Assembly: GCA_963730245.1 (NCBI GenBank) | Contig: CAVSRA010000004.1 | Location: forward strand, 170,953-234,952 | DNA: 64,000 bases | Origin: an uncultured Alphaproteobacteria bacterium | GTDB taxonomy: Bacteria; Pseudomonadota; Alphaproteobacteria; Rhizobiales; Beijerinckiaceae | Direction of reading: 5' to 3' | Shown here: piece after piece, positions 1 through 11,138 of the stretch | How the letters are laid out: each line of letters begins with the position of its first letter | Numbering within the stretch: the first letter of the stretch is position 1 | Made by a program: the position numbers and the translations under genes | The notes under the pieces: generated by a model | Told to the model about the DNA's origin: nothing | Seen by the model: the letters and a program-made list of their open reading frames with translations, nothing else | Database searches by the model: none

Positions 1-270
1 GCGCACGATCTGCACCCCGACCCCGCCGATCCGCGCCGCATCCGGCCGCGAGCCGCCATCATAAATCTCGGCCAGTGCCAAGAGACGCCGGGTCTGATCG
101 GGGTCACGCGATCGCCGCGCCAGCATGCGCAGGCCAATCGTGTCAAAGTCAGAGCGAAGCGGAACCGGAGTCGACATGGCAAACTCTCCCAAAAGCTGTT
201 TGCCATGGTGAATCAGATAAATGCCGATTCGGGAATCCGCCTCAGGAGTCAAACTTTCAGAGACTTGGTA
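1..270 (-). mobile_element. IS630-family element, left end and start of transposase (continues beyond the window)
   Basis: Reverse complement of 3000-3270; ends in GAGACTTGGTA at a TA target inside the methyltransferase gene. Confidence 0.9.
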
Positions 271-563
271 TGAGGTGCACCTCCTGCTCAAGGTCCTTGT
301 CTTTGAAGACGGCGACGATGCCGGGAGCGAACGCCAGCGGCTGTTGTCCGGTCGCGCCGGCAACGAGCGTCTGGAGTTCCCGTTGGTCGAAGTACTTTTG
401 GAACGTGTCCCGGGAAGTCAGAAATCCGTCCCGATAGGGCTTATGGCCGGCGGTCGACGCCTTGCCTTGGAGCATCACGGCAACGCACAGCGATCGCTTA
501 GCGAAATCCCACGCAAATTTTAGCGTCTCAATGCGTTCTCTAGGAACTTCGATGACGTTTAGG

Positions 564-2278
564 CTGGCATTCCCCAGATAACCGGGAATGTGCCAAGCGC
601 GTATCATTGATCTCCTGCCGTGACATCGGACATTCGTCCTATACCGGCATTATTTTCCGGATCGCCCGCTTATTGAGGTTGAGATTGCCGCGCTGCGGCG
701 CTGCTGTGGTGCTCCGGCACACCAAAACCAGTGACATGGGCGGATCGCGCACCGGACAATACAGAGTCGGTTGTGATCAAGACGCACTTCTCCCTTAGTT
801 TTTGCTCGACGCATGACGACCGAACACTTCACGCAGGCGCTGGATTGGGCGGCGGCCGCAGGTCGGCGATCATTCGTAGGATGTCCGCGAAGAGATTTTT
901 CGGAATGGCGACTTCGGCCATCTGAAACGCGACATAGCGGCCATGGCTCACGATCTTCGCGCCGATCTTGATCAGCTTTTCCTTCAGGCTCGTCAGTGAC
1001 CAATCCTTTATCGGTTCGGGCGTCGCCAGCGTGCGCAGAAAATTACCGAGATTGTAGGCCAGCGCATGAAGCTGGAGACGGACGGCGTTAGCAGCGAACG
1101 ACCGACATGATAGCCGGGTCCACTTGATTGCGCCTTTTCCTTCCTTGATCCATTGCTCACACGTGCCGCGCTTGTTGTAGAAGGCGACGACATTCTCGGC
1201 GGAGCGCGCCATGTTCGTCACGATGAAGCCGACGCGCGGATAAAGCTCGCCCGGATGCCATTCGACCTTGGCGATCACCCGGCGCGGCTGCGACCAGCTT
1301 CCCGCTTGATAGGTGAAACTTGCATGGGATCGGCAGACGTCATTGGACGGGCGACCAACCGGGCGTTTGAGCAGATAGCCGATCCTCTCTTGCAAGATGT
1401 GATTGGCGGGCAGACGGATCGCATATTTGATCCGTTCTGCCTCCAGATATTCGTAAACTTCGGGGTTTGCGAAGCCGGCGTCGGCGCGGAAATAAATGCG
1501 TGAGACCTTGCCTTGATACCGCGCCACGACCGGCTTCAGCACCGCCTCCCATCCATCGGCGCTGTGAACATTGCCGGGGCGCAGGGCGCAGCGTTCCAAA
1601 TCGCCATATTGGTTGAAAACGAACAGCGGATGATAGCAGGTGCAGTCATAGTGACCGTTCCAGACACTGTGTTCCTGTTCGCCATGCGTCGGGCTCACGC
1701 TCGAATCCATGTCGAGCAAGATACCTCTCGGCGGACGGCGACCATGAACGCTGTCGATCCATTTGCCGGAGAGATCAGCGAGCGCCGAAAGGTTCTTTTC
1801 CGCCGTGAGCCAGCGCGTCTCAAAGCGGCCCATCTGGCTCGGCGAAGCCGCTGCATCCGAGGCCGCCTTTCCGCCGACTATCCACCGCATCGCGGGATCA
1901 TGGCGCAGGCGTTGAGCGTCGTTCACGTCTTCATATCCGGCAAGTCGCCCAAATATGGATTGCCGCAACATCCCGACGAGTGCATGCCGGCCATTCTTGC
2001 CAGTGCGTGCGTCGGAGAGCGCATCACCCGCCATCGCGCTGAGGCACAGCGCGTCGTCCAGTTCCCGGTATGCGAGCAAGCCTGCGTCGGAGGTAACCAC
2101 CGATCCGCGAAAGTGAAGCAACAATCGGCGGTCGAAATCGAGCCTGAGAGCGCCATCATACGATTCACCCGCCGGGTTCGCCATGACGGCCTCATTCGAT
2201 CCGAAATAACATGCTGATTATGTTAGCTGAATTGCGGCATCGACGCTGCAAATTATTGCCTCATCCGGCGTATGCGGG
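564..2278 (-). mobile_element. IS1380-family element, copy 1 (complete, 1715 bp)
   Basis: 451-aa DDE transposase 829..2184; imperfect IRs CCCGCATACGCCGGATGA / CTGGCATTCCCCAGATAA; TSD TTAGG. Confidence 0.95.
829..2184 (-). CDS. IS1380-family transposase
   Basis: LDMDSS, FRADAGF, RGTCEQWIKEGK DDE motifs. Confidence 0.95.
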   Translation of the reverse strand: MANPAGESYDGALRLDFDRRLLLHFRGSVVTSDAGLLAYRELDDALCLSAMAGDALSDARTGKNGRHALVGMLRQSIFGRLAGYEDVNDAQRLRHDPAMRWIVGGKAASDAAASPSQMGRFETRWLTAEKNLSALADLSGKWIDSVHGRRPPRGILLDMDSSVSPTHGEQEHSVWNGHYDCTCYHPLFVFNQYGDLERCALRPGNVHSADGWEAVLKPVVARYQGKVSRIYFRADAGFANPEVYEYLEAERIKYAIRLPANHILQERIGYLLKRPVGRPSNDVCRSHASFTYQAGSWSQPRRVIAKVEWHPGELYPRVGFIVTNMARSAENVVAFYNKRGTCEQWIKEGKGAIKWTRLSCRSFAANAVRLQLHALAYNLGNFLRTLATPEPIKDWSLTSLKEKLIKIGAKIVSHGRYVAFQMAEVAIPKNLFADILRMIADLRPPPNPAPA

Positions 2279-2999
2279 TTAGGACGAAACCGAGGTTCAC
2301 CACGTCCGCAGATCGGCGCGGTCCATCAGAGGCATGATGCGGATCCCAACCGAAAGCCTCGAAACCACGAGAAGCCAATGCGGCAGCATCCTCGCCTTGG
2401 CCACAGCCATAATCGAAAACGCTACGCCCGGGGGCTACGACGCCGAACCGGACCATAAGTTGCATGGGCTGCGACAGTTCCCGTCGGACGATCGCCGTTT
2501 TGTGTCGAGCGACTTCGACGTGCTCCTCATCGTCAGGAACGAGACGATGTCCGCGGAGGGCAAGTCCAGCCTTCTTTATTCCAGCCATCCAGGCCTTGCG
2601 CGTGCCGATCTCGCGCGGGTCCCGAAATAAACCATGGTCCTCCGCGACAACCGTCAACGTCCGAATCCCGGCTGCCCCGGATAGTCGGGCAGCAGAAGAA
2701 GTTCTTTGCGGTGCAGGATCGGAGGATTTGCCCGATTCCGGTAGTCCGTCCGCAAGACGGCACCTGACGCGAGATGGACCCTTACAGAAGCGAGAAGCGC
2801 AGGAAACGGCGCGTCATCGAAGGACTCGTATAGGAGCAGCGACACCGACCCCTTCGCTATCCGAACGACGTTCCATTCGACGTCTCCAGCACAGGCCTCG
2901 GCTCGTGCCATCGTTCGGGGATCGATTCCGGTTGTGAACGGCAAAGCATCGCGATGCACATAGAGCGCGCCTGCCACCTGCTTACCAATCGAGGACTTC

Positions 3000-4113
3000 T
3001 ACCAAGTCTCTGAAAGTTTGACTCCTGAGGCGGATTCCCGAATCGGCATTTATCTGATTCACCATGGCAAACAGCTTTTGGGAGAGTTTGCCATGTCGAC
3101 TCCGGTTCCGCTTCGCTCTGACTTTGACACGATTGGCCTGCGCATGCTGGCGCGGCGATCGCGTGACCCCGATCAGACCCGGCGTCTCTTGGCACTGGCC
3201 GAGATTTATGATGGCGGCTCGCGGCCGGATGCGGCGCGGATCGGCGGGGTCGGGGTGCAGATCGTGCGCGACTGGGTTGTCCGTTTCAACGCCAAAGCGC
3301 CAGCGCCAAGCCTTGCGGCAGGTCGTGGAAGATGGGCCGATTCCCGCCCTGCATGGCGTCGTCCGCTGGCGGCTGATCGATTTGGCGCAGTGGCTCTTCG
3401 AAGAGTTCCGGGTTTCGATCTCCAAGCCGACGCTCAGCCGCGAGCTGCGGCATATGGGCTTTCGCAAGCTCTCGGCGCGACCGCGCCATCATGCGCAAGA
3501 CGAGGAAGCCGCGGCGGCTTTTAAAAAAACTTTCTCGCCCTCGTGGAGGAGACCGCCGCAAAAGAGGCTCCTGGCAAGCCGATAGAGATTTGGTTTCAAG
3601 ACGAAGCTCGGATCGGGCAGAAAAACAAGGTCACCCGCCGATGGGCGAAACGCGGGACACGGCCTTCGGCGCCGCACGACCAGAGGACGAGTTCAGCCTA
3701 TATTTTCGGCGCCATCTGCCCGGCCGAAGGAAAAGGCGCCGGGCTCGTACTACCTTCCTGCAACAGCGAGGCCATGGCCCTGCATCTCGAAGAAATCTCG
3801 CTTGCGGTCGCACCAAGCGCGCATGCGCTCGTTCTTCTCGATCAGGCCGGGTGGCATGTCTCGGCGAAGCTTCCCGTCCCGGACAACATCACGCTCTTGC
3901 CGTTGCCGCCGAAATCGCCCGAGCTCAATCCGGTCGAGAACATCTGGCAATTCATGCGCGACAACTGGCTCTCGAACCGCGTCTTCGAATCCTACGACGA
4001 CATTCTCGACCACTGCTGCTTCGCCTGGAACAAGCTCATCGACATGCCCTGGAAAATCATCTCCATCGGAACAAGAGAGTGGGCCTATCGGTCGTGATCA
4101 GCGAGACTTGGTA
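3000..4113 (+). mobile_element. IS630-family element with internal deletion
   Basis: IRs TACCAAGTCTC...GAGACTTGGTA, TA target; WFQDEARIG, LDQAGWH, SPELNPVENIW; slippery TTTTAAAAAAAC near 3520; deletion near 3297. Confidence 0.92.
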
Positions 4114-4159
4114 TTCATCTTATTATCATAGGTACCGGTGTCACGGCCTGATTTCTGCG

Positions 4160-4538
4160 ACCCCTCGCGGTAATCCTCATCCGCCCGGATCGCTACATAG
4201 CTCGTTACCTTGTCGCCGGCATCCAGTGATGGACGCACCCAATTCTCGAAGGGGCCGATCTTGAGCTTTCGCGTACACCAGCGCGTTTTCGGCGACGGCA
4301 GAAAGCTCTTGTACTGCTTCAGCCAGAAATCGAAATCCCGATCTGGATTCAGCCGGATGACCGGTTTACCGAGGAACCCCTCAAGGCGTCCAAGGAACTC
4401 ATAGACTTCCGGCAACTCCTTGCCAGTGTCGGTAAAGAAATACTCGACATCGATTTCGGGATAGTTCTGCCGCATGAATATGGCGAGGGCCGCGCTGTCG
4501 CGGCCTCCCGACAAGCCAAGAACGTGCCGCTCGCTCAT
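4160..4538 (-). pseudogene. sspD: SspD/DndC-like PAPS-reductase-family protein, 3' truncated
   Basis: PP-loop LGLSGGRDS, FTDTGKELPE, RWCTRKLKI; homology ends after IRADEDYREG; start overlaps upstream stop (ATGA). Confidence 0.75.
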
Positions 4539-5545
4539 GCGGTCTCCCTCTTTGGCCCCTGTGCGGCCGTCTCCTGCGATTGCGCCGCCAATAACGTGCT
4601 GAGTTCCGCGACGACTGCGAGCGCTACGTCGCGACCGACTTGTTTACTCGTCAGTATCGCGAGAATTTCCTTGGTCAGGTCGGCCACTTCTTGATTTTCA
4701 GCAGTCGTTATATTGACCTCGGCATGAACCGGCGCGTCCTTACGGGGGTCGGACGTATAGATGGCGAGATTCAGTCGACGATCCCTGCGGCCCTTCACAT
4801 GCGCAAACCCCTCGGCCTCTCCGAGGCGAGATCGTAAGCCGTCAGGCGTGTGGCAAAGGCATCGAGACGGTAGTTGCCCGTCAGGCCGCGAACCGTCTTT
4901 GCACGTTCCCTGAGGTCTGCGAGAACCTCAAGCGTTCTGCCGCCCACGCGGAGTTCTTGGAACATAACCGCTTCGATATCATTCATCAGATGCGGATAGG
5001 CGGTCAGTAGCGCAGTCAGCCCCTCGTTCACGAAGGCTATAATCTTCGAGGGGTCACCGAGCTTGGACTCCGCGCCGAGGACCGTAGGCAGATCATCGAG
5101 CAAGAACTTGTTGGGGTCGTTCGCCGTCTTGGCGAGGGCTCTCACTTGCACAGCAGTGTGCGGGAGAGACGCCGCGTCCGCAGTACCCATTGAGGAAGGT
5201 CGTTGACCAAGCGTACGAGGCCCTTGGCAATGTCAAGAGGTGCGGGACAGACGATTTCGGGGCCAAAACCATTGTTCTTGGCAACGAGGTCCGCGAGACC
5301 GCTCAGTGCAGACCTCTGGAATTCTGAAAGTTCATTCCAGCGCAATTTGACGGCGTCGGACTCCTGTGTCAGCCGGTCGATCATCATGGTCGTTACCCGC
5401 ACCTGATAGACGCCGTCCAAATATATCGACAAATGATCAAGATGCGACATGATGAATGCGACGCCGAGCACCGGGAAGAGTCCGTCTCGAACACCAAATG
5501 GCGCGGCTTTCCATGCCGAAAAAATATCGGCGAGCGAAAACTGAG
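4535..5545 (-). pseudogene. sspC: SspC-like large ATP-binding protein, frameshifted C-terminal part
   Basis: WKAAPFGVRDGLFPVL, DPNKFLLDDLP, GNYRLDAFATRL segments in three frames; translationally coupled to sspD. Confidence 0.62.
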
Positions 5546-5725
5546 CCGTGAGCGGTTCAACCAGCTCCCATTCGGAGTCGGTCAGATCGCTCGGATATCG
5601 TAACTTGCCGCGGTCGTACCGCCCGCGATTCTTCACCGTCCACATGGGGGACCCCCTTCGAATCAGGAAACCACCCTTGAATCACAAATGACTCATAAGA
5701 TTCAATATCTCTTCGGGCGGGCACT
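5546..5725 (-). mobile_element. IS5-family left-end fragment
   Basis: MWTVKNRGRYDR...RYPSDLTDSEWELVEPL transposase N-terminus fused to the sspC remnant. Confidence 0.8.
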
Positions 5726-5727
5726 TA

Positions 5728-5886
5728 AAGGGCAAGATCAAGGAGCAATGGGGCAATCTTACGGATGACGATCTCGATAAGATCGACGGCAAGCGCAAAC
5801 AACTTGGAGGCAAAATCCAGGAACGCTACGGTCTTGATAAGGATGCGGCCCGCAAGCACGTCGACGACTGGATCAATAAACAGTGA
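5728..5886 (+). pseudogene. csbD: CsbD/YjbJ-family stress protein, 5' truncated
   Basis: KGKIKEQWGNLTDDDLDKIDGKRKQLGGKIQERYG. Confidence 0.8.
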
Positions 5887-5979
5887 TTGGGTTTCTGCGG
5901 ATCTAGATTCTCGCACTTGAGGGTCGCATCGCACCGAGGCGATGCGACCCGCCATCAATAACCCGTTTTGCAAGCGTTC

Positions 5980-6205
5980 TCCTCGCGGGCCGGGCGTGTC
6001 GGTGGTGGTCGGCGCCCGGACCGATGCCCAGCTAAAGGACAATCTCAAAGCGGTGGGTCTCGTCCTTACCTCGGAGGAACGTGCGCGGCTCGACTCCATC
6101 AGCGCGCCAGCACTGCTCTACCCCTATTGGCACCAAGCAAGCACGGCCTCCGATCGGCTCTCTCCGGCAGATCTCTCGTTACTCGGTCCGCATCCCAAAC
6201 ATTGA
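5980..6205 (+). pseudogene. Aldo/keto reductase C-terminal fragment
   Basis: VVVGARTDAQLKDNLKAV...LDSISAPALLYPYWHQ. Confidence 0.7.
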
Positions 6206-6345
6206 GCCGAAGCGAAGGGTGAGCGTGGAATCGTTGAAGCCGTCAGGAAAATTCGTCCGCAATGCAAACGTGGTTCCTCGTTGATACGGCAAATCATCGC
6301 CAACGGCTTCCATGCTGTCTCGATGGCGTTGGCGCGCCGCAGACT

Positions 6346-6680
6346 CTACTTGGCATTTTGCAGACCGGCCAAATACGACACGATCGTCTGGATTTGCTCT
6401 TCCGGAATCGGAGCCTTGTAAACGGTGCGCATCTTTTGGACTTCGGCTTCCCACGCAGACCGGATCATGGCCGGCTGCGACAACATCATTGCGGCCGAGT
6501 GGTACACCAAGCAGTACGAAATGACAACATCAGATCCAGGACCATCAGGAAACATGCGATCGCTTGTCGGGAGAAACACGTTGACCGTTTTGAGAACCAA
6601 CACGTCCTTTGCCTGAACAGCAATGGCCGGCGCAGAGAATCGCGTAAGCGGCAATATGGAACGCGCTCGCTCTACATAAA
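6346..6680 (-). pseudogene. SorB-like small c-type cytochrome with degenerate heme motif
   Basis: FPDGPGSDVVISYCLVYHSA...WEAEVQKMRTVYKAPI; CxxCH reads CLVYH; start uncertain. Confidence 0.6.
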
Positions 6681-7394
6681 GGCAAGGAACTCCCCACGGC
6701 GCGGCTGTAGGCGCGGTTGGTCTGCGCTCCGCCGGCTGTTTCCCGCAAGAGCCGAGGAGCCTGCTTCGTTCAGGTCCGATGCGACGTAAAAAGGCGCGGC
6801 GGCATCTGTCATCGCAAGATCGCCGCTGTGGTCGCAAGGTCAACCGGACCAGGCTCAATTCCTTGTGGCGGGAAATGAAAGCCATGCTCCATGCGGCAAA
6901 GCAGGACTGGCAGGTTTGGACCATTTGGTACGACGACCGTCTCGAGGGCCGCGTCAGGGACAAGACACGCAAACTCGCCTATGTGCGCATCGAGGAAGCC
7001 CTATGGGACCAAGGCCCGGCAGTCGTCAACGCAGAGATCGAACGGCGGATCGCAATGAGTTCGTACGAGGACCGTCTTCGGGGCCGCACCACGGACCCGG
7101 CACCGGAACTGGCGTCTGAGCGGATCGAAGAGGCGATATCGGGACAAGGGCAAGCAACCGAAGACGCTGAAGCCTTCACGTCATTCCTGGAAAGAGCTTT
7201 CAAGAATCTCGCCGCGCATAGCGTCGATGGTAGCCGTCAATCCCTCCGGCAAAAAGTATTTGAAGACCGAAGCAGATCGACGAAACTATTTTGATGCGGC
7301 GCGAGTTGTGTCAATGACCAGTCACGTTGACTGGCGATAGCGATCAAATCCATCGAAAAGCTATTGTGCACGCCCCACCCGAGCGGCTTTACTT

Positions 7395-7448
7395 ATCGGC
7401 TACCTCCCGCGCGTCCAAATGCGAAGGGATTTAGGTCGGGGGACGACC
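7395..7448. repeat. Non-coding motif of about 52 bp, inverted copy of 10984-11034
   Basis: ATCGGCTACCTCCCGCGCGTCCAAATGCGAAGGGATTTAG matches the reverse complement of CTAAATCCCTGCGCATTTGGAAGCGCGGGAGTAGCCGAT with few mismatches. Confidence 0.75.
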
Positions 7449-7829
7449 GGAACCCATCACGACAGCTACTAAACAAACATAGGAGTGAAGGTATTGGGTG
7501 CGATTTTTTGACTTGGTGAATTACGTGCAGACGCCTCTCGGCGCGGTTTTCGCGATTGCCGCTGTGGCTGTTTTTTATTTTTGGGCGGTGGATCTTCGCA
7601 GATTGTGGAGCGCCAAGCGCCTTGCGGAATCGGCGCCTGGCCTTGAGCTTTATCCACCTTCGTAGAGCGACTATATTCAACCCGCCGGTGTCTTGATACG
7701 GATGAAGAGTTGATAGAGGGCCTTTCGAGGCTGGCCTACTGACGCGTCGCAACGTCGCTCCGTTTGGCATCCACGTCTCGTCCACAAAGCCGCACGGAGT
7801 TGGTCTCTGTAAATGCGCCCTGCACCGAA

Positions 7830-7975
7830 CGGGCGATGAGGCCTGAAAGCCGGGACGCTCTGCTCGCCGCCATCGCCAAGGCCCGGGGATGGAGCGACGA
7901 CATCCGGCTCGGCTGCATTGCCTCCTTCGCCATTGCCGAGCGTGAGGCCCAGGAGCGGGATCGGCTGCTCGGATC
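7830..7975 (+). pseudogene. Large serine recombinase C-terminal fragment
   Basis: MRPESRDALLAAIAKARGWSDDIRLG..ASFAIAEREA. Confidence 0.5.
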
Positions 7976-8190
7976 GCATTCTTCGGAATGGGGGGCGCTA
8001 GTGCTCAGGCCGCGACCCTTGGGTTCCAAACCTCAGGGTCTGAGCAGTAGAGTAGGCATTGTCACGGCGCCAGGGGCCTTGCCGTTCAGTGACTTCAACC
8101 GTAACCATGGCCAGCTGAGCCGCGAAGAGCCGGCAAGGCTTCGTAGTCGCGCCGCTAATCTTTCCCAATTATCAACTCGAAGGAATCACG

Positions 8191-8574
8191 ATGAAACGCA
8201 TACTTCTCGGATCCGTCGCTTCCGTATTCATCATCGGCAGCTCTTGCGCAGCAAGCCACTCCTATGCCCGGAATGGACATGAAGGGCATGGATACGAAGA
8301 TGATGATGCCAAGCCCCAACGATCCCCGTCCACTAAGGGTTACAAATCTGCAATGATGAAGATGATGGAGGCGATGCCCAAAATTACCAGCGACGCCGAG
8401 ATCGACTTCATGAAGCAGATGCGGACGCACCATGAGGCGGCGATTGACATGGCTAAGGTGGTCCTCGCTAACGGCAAGGATGTGGATACAAAGAAGCTGG
8501 CACAAGAAATCATTGCCGCGCAGGAAAAAGAGATCGCGATGATCGACGCTTGGTTGAAGAAAAAAGGAGCATAG
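8191..8574 (+). CDS. DUF305/CopM-like exported metal-binding protein
   Basis: Signal peptide; Met/His-rich; DFMKQMRTHHEAAIDMA, LAQEIIAAQEKEI. Confidence 0.85.
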   Translation: MKRILLGSVASVFIIGSSCAASHSYARNGHEGHGYEDDDAKPQRSPSTKGYKSAMMKMMEAMPKITSDAEIDFMKQMRTHHEAAIDMAKVVLANGKDVDTKKLAQEIIAAQEKEIAMIDAWLKKKGA

Positions 8575-8754
8575 TGAATCGGAGCTATCGCAGAATTTTG
8601 GTGACGGGCGCTTCAGGCGGCGGCTTTGGTTTGAGGCGAGCTTGCCTCGATCGACCTCGCGAGACTTGGCAACTGTTCGCGCCCCGCAGGCGTCTCTAGT
8701 TCTCAGAACTGCAACTTAGAATTAGCTATGCCCACATCCGCGATGAAGAAAGCT

Positions 8755-9172
8755 GCGACCGACACCGCCGACCTGCAGGAACCAACGGAAGCCCTCGCTG
8801 CGAAGACGGCGCACCTCAAGAAGAAGCTTGCCAAGCTGGCGACTGAGATGCAGCGCTTGAAAGCGATCGACAAGGAGATGATGGCCTCGCCCAATCAGCA
8901 GATTTCTCTGACCGACCCTGATTCACCTTCGATGGCGACGAGCGGGCGCGGCTCGGGCGTCGTCGGCTAAAACGTGCAGGTCGCTGTAGATACGGAGCAT
9001 CATCTGATCGTCACGCACGAGGTGACGAATACCGGCTCGGGTTGCTCACAACTTGCCAAGGTCGCATCGCAAGCGAAGGACATTCTTGATGCTGACCATC
9101 TCGATGCCCTTGCGGATCGCGGCTACTTCAACAGCCCCGAGATTTTGGCATGCGAGCAAGCTGACATTACGA
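8755..9172 (+). mobile_element. IS1182-family transposase internal fragment
   Basis: QISLTDPDSPSMATSGRGSGVVG*NVQVAVDTEHHLIV, ADRGYF. Confidence 0.8.
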
Positions 9173-9190
9173 ACAACGCTTTGGGCGCTG

Positions 9191-10267
9191 TCAGGCTGTT
9201 TGGGGTAGCCGCGAGGTGAAGGTCGCGTGCGTGAGCGACACGTTCACACCCCTTGGGCCGGTGACGACTTCAACCTCTGCATCGAGGTCTTGCGCGAGCG
9301 CCTTGACAAGGGTCGTGCCCAGGCCGCCTTTCGCCGGAGTGTTGGCGACATCCGGCTTTCCGATCCCATTGTCGGACACGACAAGCTTCCAGTCCGGTCC
9401 GTCGATCTGGTAGCTGACGACAACCCGACTGTCTTGTGAGTCGTTGGGAAAAGCGTGTTTCAGAGCGTTGATCACGAGCTCGGTGACGATAAGGCCGAGG
9501 CTGACGGCCCTGGCGGACTCCGCCGTGCCGCCGTTGACCAGAACCTGCAGCGAGATCGGCCGGCGGTCACCGATCATCGAGGCCGCAAGGCTTTCGCACA
9601 GCCTCGACAGGTATGGACCGACCTCGATCAAGTCGTGCCGCTGGGATGCGTGAAGATGCCCCTGCACGGCCGCGAGCGCCATCACGCGTTGATGCGCGTC
9701 CTGCAGATGCTGGCGGGTTTCCTCCGAGGTCACGGTGCGCGCCTTTAGCATCAAGATGCTGGCGATAATCTGAAGGCTGTTGGCGACACGGTGCTCAAGC
9801 TCCCGGAGCAGCATGTCCTTTTGCTGTAGCAACTCCTCCGTCTGCCACAACAACTCTTCCTTCTCGCGTTCGATGGCACGCCGCTCGGTGACATCCTCGA
9901 AAGCAAGAAGAAGGGTCGTTTGAGCGTGGTCCGCGTAGAACACCGCGCGGGCGTTCAGGAGCATGATGCGGCGGCCAATCATGGGAAACTCATGCTCGAC
10001 CTCGAACGCGTCCATGGCGGCCCGCTCCGGGATGATTTTCTCCAGAAGGATGCGAAGAGCTGGAATGCGCCACTGACCGTCGCCGAGCGCGTAGAGTGAC
10101 CGGCCCAAAACGTCCTGGCGGTCGACCTGGAACGCCAGGTAGTAGGAGCGGCTGACGGCGAGCACGCGGAGGTCGCTGTCAAGCACGAGCAGGGGTTCGC
10201 GCACCGTGTCCACGATGGCTTGCGCGAGCGCCCGCGCATCCTCGATGTCCTTGAATGGCTCAATCAT
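9191..10267 (-). CDS. PAS-domain sensor histidine kinase (HisKA_2/HWE-like)
   Basis: ELEHRVANSLQ H-box, VTELVINALKHAF N-box, VSDNGIG, GLGTTLV; N-terminal PAS. Confidence 0.9.
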   Translation of the reverse strand: MIEPFKDIEDARALAQAIVDTVREPLLVLDSDLRVLAVSRSYYLAFQVDRQDVLGRSLYALGDGQWRIPALRILLEKIIPERAAMDAFEVEHEFPMIGRRIMLLNARAVFYADHAQTTLLLAFEDVTERRAIEREKEELLWQTEELLQQKDMLLRELEHRVANSLQIIASILMLKARTVTSEETRQHLQDAHQRVMALAAVQGHLHASQRHDLIEVGPYLSRLCESLAASMIGDRRPISLQVLVNGGTAESARAVSLGLIVTELVINALKHAFPNDSQDSRVVVSYQIDGPDWKLVVSDNGIGKPDVANTPAKGGLGTTLVKALAQDLDAEVEVVTGPRGVNVSLTHATFTSRLPQTA

Positions 10268-10327
10268 GGCCAGATGACCGGGAATACGACAACCATCATC
10301 ACGGCAATGGTCGCACACAAATGCCTG

Positions 10328-10513
10328 CTACAGCAAAGACGGATATCCAATCAACGGAAGCAATCGGTTCACGATAGCCGCCAAACAGACCAGCACCACT
10401 AGCAACTTGAGAAGCTGCGCCAGCCGCGCGTCGGGACAAAATTTATCGATGACCCAAAACAAGATCGCACCGACGACGACGATAATCAGGATTCCAATTA
10501 CGAGCGCGAGCAC
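10328..10513 (-). CDS. Small two-TM membrane protein
   Basis: 61 aa with two hydrophobic helices; GGAGG RBS upstream. Confidence 0.6.
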   Translation of the reverse strand: MLALVIGILIIVVVGAILFWVIDKFCPDARLAQLLKLLVVLVCLAAIVNRLLPLIGYPSLL

Positions 10514-10983
10514 GGCGACCTCCCGTCATATTTGCGGCATACTTCGCGAATTCGTTTGTGTTTGATCATGAGTTTCATAATTGATTACGGTATGCCGCCT
10601 AAAACGCCACCTAAAATACCTAGGCCAATTGCGGCTCCTGGATCACCACCGTAGTAACCATTGTAGGCATTGTATCCGTTGTAACCGTAGCCATAGCCGC
10701 CACCTCTATAGACGTGACGATAGCCACCGCGATAACCTCCACCATGAAAACCGACGCTGCGTCCGGTGTGAATTCCACCCCCACGGAAACCTCCGTGGCC
10801 ACCACCTCCGCCAGCACGAGCAAATGCCGGAGTAGTCGCGAGGGCAAGAGCGAATATCAGAGCGATTCATCGAAAAGTTCCTTTATGTTACAAGGTGTCG
10901 GATCATTCCGAGCCTCTTCAGCACCAACATGGCCAGCTTGGATGCCGGGGGCTCATGGAGGATACCCCGGCCAGGTGGCCGAG

Positions 10984-11034
10984 GCCGTCCACGAGCTAAA
11001 TCCCTGCGCATTTGGAAGCGCGGGAGTAGCCGAT
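10984..11034. repeat. Non-coding motif of about 52 bp (partner of 7395-7448); candidate sRNA segment
   Basis: Direct comparison of the two copies. Confidence 0.7.
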
Positions 11035-11138
11035 TATTCGCCGTTGATCACTCGCCTTGGTGCCCGCACCCTTGCCGGTACGTGCCGGCAACAGTGCGAG
11101 GCATGGGGTTCCGGCCAACCAGAGCCCCGCCGATGCGA

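Larger units (their letters stand above)
271..2999 (-). pseudogene. DNA phosphorothioation-associated putative methyltransferase (TIGR04096-like), split by IS1380 and IS630
   Basis: IGKQVAGALYVHR..., NPPILHRKELLL, RHKTAIVR, SAM motif FDYGCGQG, DVVNLGFVL|NVIE rejoins across the IS1380, TFQKYFDQ; frameshift near 2655. Confidence 0.8.

Noticed and set aside
1513-2217. 234-aa ORF and other short ORFs repeated in every IS1380 copy
   Set aside because: Antisense or alternate-frame shadows of the transposase; repetition reflects IS copy number.
6779-7294. 171-aa ORF containing DWQVWTIWYDDRLEG
   Set aside because: Looks like an internal fragment of a larger protein; no start or family assignable.
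10620-10830. Thr/Ala/Val-rich low-complexity stretch resembling a repeat array or precursor peptide
   Set aside because: No regular repeat unit, no clear RBS or start; coding status unsupported.
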